DNA of 64,000 bases from Candidatus Binatia bacterium (GTDB lineage Bacteria; Desulfobacterota; Binatia; HRBIN30): assembly GCA_038245295.1 (NCBI GenBank), contig JBBRSP010000003.1, positions 160,001 to 224,000 of the forward strand, given 5' to 3'. Positions 56,745 to 64,000 of this stretch are shown here, in pieces. Numbering within the stretch: position 1 is the stretch's first letter; every line of letters starts with the position of its first letter. A model generated the notes under the pieces. The model did not search any database and was not told the DNA's origin. It worked only from the letters and a program-made list of their open reading frames with translations. The position numbers and the translations under genes were made by a program.

Positions 56745-59402
56745 ATGGCACGCATTGACGACGCAGACACGACCGAAACCCAAGAATGGCTCGATGCACT
56801 GACGGGCGTTATCCAGAGCGAGGGAGTCGATCGGGCCCACTACCTTTTGGAACGGCTGATCGAACGGGCCCGCGCCGACGGCGTCTTCCTGCCCTACAAC
56901 GCCAACACGCCGTACGTGAACACCATCCCAACACATCAGGAGAAGCGTTCGCCGGGCAATCGTGAGATCGAACGCCGCATTCGCCGCATCATCCGCTGGA
57001 ACGCCGCCGCCATGGTGTTGCGCGCCAACAAGGAATCCAGCGAGCTCGGCGGCCACATCGCCAGCTTCCAATCCGCCGCCACTCTCTACGACATCGGCTT
57101 CGGCCACTTCTGGCGCGCCCCCTCCGACAAACACGGCGGCGACATCGTCTACATCCAGGGCCATTCGTCGCCCGGCATCTATGCGCGCGCCTTTCTCGAA
57201 GGCCGCCTCAGCGAATCGCAGCTCGACAATTTTCGCCGCGAGGTCGACGGTAAGGGGCTGCCGTCCTACCCGCACCCGTGGCTGCTGCCGGAGTTCTGGC
57301 AGTTTCCCACCGTGTCGATGGGGCTCGGCCCGCTCATGGCGCTGTTCCAGGCGCGCTTTATGAAATACCTGCAAGGCCGCGGCCTCGCTGAGATGGGTGA
57401 CCGCAAGGTGTGGGCGTTCATGGGCGACGGCGAGATGGACGAGCCTGAGTCACTCGGTGCCATCGCCCTGGCATCGCGGGAGCACCTCGACAACCTGGTC
57501 TTCGTGGTCAATTGCAACCTCCAACGTCTCGACGGACCGGTGCGCGGCAACGGCAAGATCATCCAGGAGCTCGAGGCCGATTTCCGCGGCGCCGGGTGGA
57601 ATGTCATCAAGGTCATCTGGGGCAGCGAGTGGGACGCGCTGCTGGCACGCGACAAGTCGGGGATCCTCCGACAACGTATGGAGGAGTGCGTCGACGGGGA
57701 GTATCAGGCCTTCAAGGCCAAGGACGGCGCCTACGTGCGGCGCGAGTTCTTCGGCAAGTACCCGGAGCTTCTCGAGATGGTGTCGCACATGACCGACGAC
57801 GAAGTGTGGGCGCTGCGCCGCGGCGGTCACGACCCGGTGAAGATCTACGCTGCCTATGCCGAGGCGGTGGCGCACGGCGGCGGACCAACCGTGATCCTGG
57901 CCAAGACGGTGAAGGGTTACGGCATGGGCCACGCCGGCGAGGCGATGAATACGACGCACCAGCAGAAACACATGGACGTCGACGAGCTCAAAGCCTTCCG
58001 CGATCGCTTCAAGATTCCCGTCGCCGACGACAAGATCGCCGAGGTGCCGTTCTACCGTCCGCCGGATGACAGCGAAGAGATCCGTTATCTCAAAGAGCAA
58101 CGCGTTGCGCTGGGAGGTAGTTTGCCGCAACGACGCACACGCTCGGCGTCGTTGGAAGCACCACCGCTGTCCACCTTCGAAGCGCAACTCCAGGGTAGCG
58201 GCGAACGCGAGAACTCCACCACCATGGCGTTCGTGCGAATCCTCGCGGCGCTGTTGCGCGACAAGACTCTCGGGCCACGTGTCGTGCCGATCGTTCCAGA
58301 CGAGTCGCGCACATTCGGCATGGAGGGGCTGTTCCGCCAACTCGGCATCTTCTCGCAGGTCGGCCAGCTCTACAAACCGGAGGATGCCGACCAGTTGATG
58401 TTCTATCGCGAGTCGAAGCAGGGCCAAGTCCTCGAGGAAGGCATCAATGAGGCGGGTGCGATGTCGTCGTGGATTGCCGCCGCGACCTCCTACAGCACCC
58501 ACAATCTGCCGATGCTGCCGTTCTACATTTTCTATTCGATGTTCGGCTTCCAGCGCATCGGCGATCTCGCCTGGGCGGCTGGCGACTCGCGTGCGCGTGG
58601 CTTCCTGCTGGGCGGCACCTCGGGGCGCACGACGCTAAATGGCGAAGGGCTGCAGCATGCCGATGGACACAGCCATCTCGCGGCGGCGACCATCCCGAAC
58701 TGTATGGCCTACGATCCGACCTTCTCTTACGAAGTCGCGGTGATCATTCAGGATGGCATTCGGCGCATGCTCACCGAACAGGAGGACGGCTTCTTCTACA
58801 TCACGCTGCTGAACGAGAACTATCAGCATCCCGCGATGCCGAAGGGCGCCGAGGCCGGCATCTTGAAGGGTATGTACCTGCTGCGCGATGGCGGTGCGGC
58901 GAAAGGACCGGTAGTGCAACTGCTTGGTTGCGGCTCAATCTTGCGCGAGGTCATCGCCGCCGCCGATCTCTTGCGCGACGACTGGGGTATCGGCGCCGAC
59001 GTTTGGAGCGTGCCCAGCTTCACGCAGTTGCGCCGCGACGGTTTGGCCGCCGAACGCTGGAACATGCTCCATCCGGCGGCACCGCCGCGGGCCAGCCATG
59101 TGCACACGTGCCTCGCCGAGCGCCGCGGCCCGGTGATCGCGGCGACCGACTACATCAAATCGTTTCCGGATCAGATACGTGCCTTCGTGCCGCGCCGCTA
59201 TCGTGTGCTTGGTACCGACGGCTTCGGCCGCAGCGACTATCGCAGCAAGCTGCGTGGGTTCTTCGAGGTCGATCGCAATTACGTCACCGTCGCGGCACTC
59301 AAGGCACTCTGCGACGACGGCGAGATCGGCGCCGACAGGGTGACGGAGGCAATACAGAAGTACCGCATCGATCCCGAGAAGATGGATCCGACACGATGCT
59401 GA
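56745..59402 (+). CDS. aceE: Pyruvate dehydrogenase E1 (homodimeric type)
   Basis: ETQEWL, GGHIAS, GDGEMDE..NCNLQRLDG TPP motif, GRTTLNGEGLQH, GTDGFGRS. Confidence 0.97.
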   Translation: MARIDDADTTETQEWLDALTGVIQSEGVDRAHYLLERLIERARADGVFLPYNANTPYVNTIPTHQEKRSPGNREIERRIRRIIRWNAAAMVLRANKESSELGGHIASFQSAATLYDIGFGHFWRAPSDKHGGDIVYIQGHSSPGIYARAFLEGRLSESQLDNFRREVDGKGLPSYPHPWLLPEFWQFPTVSMGLGPLMALFQARFMKYLQGRGLAEMGDRKVWAFMGDGEMDEPESLGAIALASREHLDNLVFVVNCNLQRLDGPVRGNGKIIQELEADFRGAGWNVIKVIWGSEWDALLARDKSGILRQRMEECVDGEYQAFKAKDGAYVRREFFGKYPELLEMVSHMTDDEVWALRRGGHDPVKIYAAYAEAVAHGGGPTVILAKTVKGYGMGHAGEAMNTTHQQKHMDVDELKAFRDRFKIPVADDKIAEVPFYRPPDDSEEIRYLKEQRVALGGSLPQRRTRSASLEAPPLSTFEAQLQGSGERENSTTMAFVRILAALLRDKTLGPRVVPIVPDESRTFGMEGLFRQLGIFSQVGQLYKPEDADQLMFYRESKQGQVLEEGINEAGAMSSWIAAATSYSTHNLPMLPFYIFYSMFGFQRIGDLAWAAGDSRARGFLLGGTSGRTTLNGEGLQHADGHSHLAAATIPNCMAYDPTFSYEVAVIIQDGIRRMLTEQEDGFFYITLLNENYQHPAMPKGAEAGILKGMYLLRDGGAAKGPVVQLLGCGSILREVIAAADLLRDDWGIGADVWSVPSFTQLRRDGLAAERWNMLHPAAPPRASHVHTCLAERRGPVIAATDYIKSFPDQIRAFVPRRYRVLGTDGFGRSDYRSKLRGFFEVDRNYVTVAALKALCDDGEIGADRVTEAIQKYRIDPEKMDPTRC

Positions 59403-59425
59403 TCGGCGTGACGCCGCAAGGCGTG

Positions 59426-59450
59426 CGTAGGGGCGGTTCGAGAACCGCCC
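59426..59450. repeat. GTAG-type REP between aceE and aceF
   Basis: cgtaggggcggttcgagaaccgccc. Confidence 0.65.
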
Positions 59451-59529
59451 GGTTTGCCGGCAATGGGCAATGGCGCGCGCATCCACCGCGACCGACGCCG
59501 CGGAACGAAGCCCTTTGGTGGCGACGAAG

Positions 59530-60863
59530 ATGAGCAAGCTCGTAGAAATCAAAGTCCCCGATATCGGCGACTTCGACGAAGTCGCCGTCATCGAAGTGCT
59601 GGTGAAGCCCGGCGATACGGTCGCCGTCGAGACGCCGCTGATCACGCTCGAGTCGGACAAGGCAACGATGGACGTGCCCGCGCCCCAAGCCGGCGTTGTC
59701 AAAGAGGTGAAGGTTCACCTGGGCGACAAGGTTGGGGAAGGCGCCGCGATCCTGACGTTGGAAGTGGACGAAGCCGCTGCCGAAACAAAGCCCGATACCG
59801 CGGTAGCCAGCGCTGATTCCGCCAAGAAGACACCGCTGGTCGGAGATACGCCCGCCGAACCAAAGACGGAGAAGACGAGTGAACCGCAGAGAGCGCCGAT
59901 TGCGCAACCAGCAGACACGCCCACCGTGGCGGCTCCGCAAGCAGATCCCTCCGAGACGCAGAGCGGCGCATTGCCGCACGCCAGCCCGTCGGTGCGCAAG
60001 TTCGCGCGTGAGCTTGGCGCCGACCTGCGGCGCGTGCACGGCCGTGGGCCCAAGGGGCGCATCCTGCGTGAGGACGTCCAGCGGTTCGTCAAAGCCGAGT
60101 TGTCGACGCCGCGCGGCGCTGGTGGTGCCGGGTTGGATCTGCTGCCGTGGCCGAAGGTCGAGTTTACCAAGTTTGGTGCGGTCGAGTCGCGACCGCTGTC
60201 GCGCATACGCAAGCTGTCGAAGGCCAACCTGGCCCGCAACTGGGTGATGATCCCGCACGTCACGCAGTTCGATGAAGCCGACGTCACCGAGCTCGAGGAG
60301 TTTCGTAAGGAGATCAATCAGGACGCGGCAAAAGACGGCATCAAGGTCACGATGCTCTGTTTCATTCTGAAAGCGCTGGTGCCGGCGCTGACGCGTTTTG
60401 CCGAGTTCAACGGCTCGCTCGACGGCGACAACCTGATCCTCAAGAAGTATTTCCACCTCGGATTTGCCGTCGACACGCCGGACGGTCTGGTCGTCCCGGT
60501 ACTGCGTGACGTCGACAAGAAGGGCGTCCTGCAGATCGCCCGCGAGATGGGCGAGCTGTCGGTGCGAGCGCGCGAGGGCAAGCTCAAGGCGGCGGATATC
60601 CAGGGTGGCTGCTTTACGGTGTCGAGTCTTGGCGGCATCGGTGGCACCGCGTTCACGCCGATCATCAATGCGCCCGAGGTGGCGATTCTCGGTGTATCGA
60701 AGCTGGCGCAGAAGCCCGTGTACCGCGACGGCGTGTTGGTGCCGCGCCTGATGTTGCCGTTATCGTTATCCTACGACCATCGCGTCATCGACGGCGCCAT
60801 GGCCGCACGTTTCATCACCTACTTCTCGGGGGAGCTCGGCGATATGCGCCGAGCTCTGCTGTG

Positions 60864-60864
<1 letters not shown>
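59530..60864 (+). CDS. aceF: Pyruvate dehydrogenase E2 (single lipoyl domain)
   Basis: ESDKAT lipoyl site, HASPSVRKFARE, DHRVIDG. Confidence 0.96.
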
Positions 60865-62276
<1,412 letters not shown>

Positions 62277-62348
62277 CGTTCGGAGACACCCCGCCTTCGC
62301 CTTGCGTTCAACGAACGCGGGCGCGGGCGGAGGCGAGGGGTGAGGGGT

Positions 62349-63290
62349 TCAACCGCTGACGAACTCATGAATCTCGTGCGCCAGCAGATCGGCGTGGGTT
62401 ACCGGCAGCATATGGCTGCCGTGCGGTACCATCAGTAGCTTGGACTGTGGGATGCGGCGGTGCAGGTCTTCGCCAACGGCCGGCGGGACAAGGTTGTCAT
62501 CGGTCCCCTGGATGACGAGTACCGGCATCTTGAGGATCTCCGGGCGCAGACCCGATTCACGCCCGCGTTGCGCCTCCCAGACGAAAGCATCCAAGGTTCC
62601 CGGCAGCGCCAACATGTCTTGCGTATATTCGGTCCATCCAGGCGGGATGTCCTCGGCGCGAGCGAATGCTTGCACCAGGCTTTGCTCGGTCATTACGTGG
62701 CTTATTGGCGGGAGGCTGCCCACCCAATGCAGGATTCCGGCGGCGATCGGCGAAGCCAAGACGTAATCGATCGGTTCGCTGCGATCGCGCGGCTGCGCTG
62801 GACCCACGGCGGCGACCAGGACGACGTGCGTCACACGTTGGGCCGCATGTTCGGCAAGGGTCTGCACCACGGCGCCACCGTACGACCAACCGACCACCGC
62901 GGCACTCTCGATGCCGAGATGGTCGAACAGGTGCTTGAGATCCGCGGCGTTCGACTCGTACGTGTAGCGATCGGGCGTGGCGTCGCTGCGGCTCGAGAAG
63001 CCGTAGCCGACGCGATCGTAGACAATGACGCGATGCCCAAGGGCGGCAAGCTTCTGCGGCACGTCCTTCCAATCACTGGCGCACGACGGCAGGCCGTGGA
63101 CGAGAACAATCGGAGAACCCTGACCGATATCGACGACGTTGAGCGCGAGCCCACCGTCGATGGGCACACTCTTGCCCCGCGGCGGCAGATGACTGCCGTC
63201 GGGACCCCAACCCAGGAGTGGTGCGAGTCGGGGCGGAAGGAAGATGATTGCCACTACCAAGGCTAGAGCCACGAGGACGACGCGTCGCAT
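62349..63290 (-). CDS. Alpha/beta hydrolase with N-terminal anchor
   Basis: HG, DRVGYG, GWSYGG, GTDD, GSH. Confidence 0.9.
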   Translation of the reverse strand: MRRVVLVALALVVAIIFLPPRLAPLLGWGPDGSHLPPRGKSVPIDGGLALNVVDIGQGSPIVLVHGLPSCASDWKDVPQKLAALGHRVIVYDRVGYGFSSRSDATPDRYTYESNAADLKHLFDHLGIESAAVVGWSYGGAVVQTLAEHAAQRVTHVVLVAAVGPAQPRDRSEPIDYVLASPIAAGILHWVGSLPPISHVMTEQSLVQAFARAEDIPPGWTEYTQDMLALPGTLDAFVWEAQRGRESGLRPEILKMPVLVIQGTDDNLVPPAVGEDLHRRIPQSKLLMVPHGSHMLPVTHADLLAHEIHEFVSG

Positions 63291-63397
63291 CGACGCGACC
63301 TATCACATTCGTCTTGGATCTGGCAGCCAGCCGATGGCGGTAGCCGGCAGCGACCAATCCGGGTTGAATCGATCGCCAACGCAGGTAGGGTGGCGCG

Positions 63398-64000
63398 ATG
63401 ATCGACTTGCAACCGCCGTCACGCTTCGGCCTGTTCCGCGAACCGTTCGGCATCCTCGAGATTCCACGCCTGCTCTGGTACGCGCCGGGCCTGGCGGAGC
63501 AGCCCAAGGGAGACGGTGAGCCGGTGATGGTTTTCCCAGGGTACGGTGCCAGTGACGCCTCGACCACGGTGTTGCGCGCCTACCTTTCCTACATCGGGTA
63601 TGCGGTCAACGGCTGGGGGCTCGGCACCAACATGGGCGACGTCCGCAGCCTGCTGCCCCAGGTGCTCGAACGCCTCGCCGCCCTGACGGAAGAGGAAGGC
63701 CGGCCGGTGCGTTTGGTGGGCTGGAGCCTCGGCGGCTATCTGGCGCGCGAGGCGGCACGCGAACGGCCGCAGGACGTAGAGTGTGTCGTGACGCTCGGAA
63801 GCCCGGTGATCGGCGGCCCGAAGTACACAACGGTGGCGGCGCGTTACCGCCGCCGCGGCTTTGATCTCGACGCCATCGAAACCGCCATCGCCGAACGCAA
63901 GCGCGTGGCGCTCAAGGTTCCCGTAACGGCGATCTATTCGAAGAACGACGGCATCGTTGCCTGGCGTGCCTGTATTGATGAAGAGGCGGGAGTCACGCAC
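63398..64000 (+). CDS. Alpha/beta hydrolase (esterase/lipase-like), runs off the window end
   Basis: Hand-translated MIDLQPPSR..PVMVFPG..GWGLG.N..GWSLGG..VTLGSP..YSKNDGIV; missing from the ORF track because it has no stop in the window. Confidence 0.85.
   Translation, partial: MIDLQPPSRFGLFREPFGILEIPRLLWYAPGLAEQPKGDGEPVMVFPGYGASDASTTVLRAYLSYIGYAVNGWGLGTNMGDVRSLLPQVLERLAALTEEEGRPVRLVGWSLGGYLAREAARERPQDVECVVTLGSPVIGGPKYTTVAARYRRRGFDLDAIETAIAERKRVALKVPVTAIYSKNDGIVAWRACIDEEAGVTH

Overview
High-GC bacterial chromosomal window, mostly core metabolism plus accessory genes. The Thr/Pro-linker protein with a Cys-flanked dockerin-like tail and the lipid/steroid-type catabolic genes suggest a deltaproteobacteria-like lineage such as Candidatus Binatia; this is inference only. 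Recognisable loci are moaA, two APC permeases, uppP, a P450, lexA, hemW, rfbA, tRNA-Arg(ACG), pgsA, nadB, a shortened yceD-rpmF-fabD-fabG-acpP-glyA operon, a PemK/MazF toxin-antitoxin pair, ccmABCD and ccmEFH, yhbY, an ISNCY-type transposase, yacG, lpxA, a GMC dehydrogenase operon, an Ltp2/DUF35 cluster and aceE-aceF-lpdA. The intergenic DNA is rich in several REP/MITE-like palindrome families. No CRISPR array, rRNA or prophage is visible. The best candidates for something new are: (1) a secreted 1153-aa protein with a cohesin-like N-terminus, a ~900-aa (Thr-X)n stalk and a dockerin-like C-terminus; (2) a SAM methyltransferase fused to a MUG-type DNA glycosylase; (3) yhbY apparently starting at ATT behind a perfect Shine-Dalgarno; (4) a 159-bp MITE carrying a REP doublet and inserted into a REP with a CTTC target duplication; (5) two metalloprotein homologues missing their Cys ligands, a CXXCH-less cytochrome-like protein and a zinc-less DUF35. 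All family assignments come from motif recognition by eye, with no database search.
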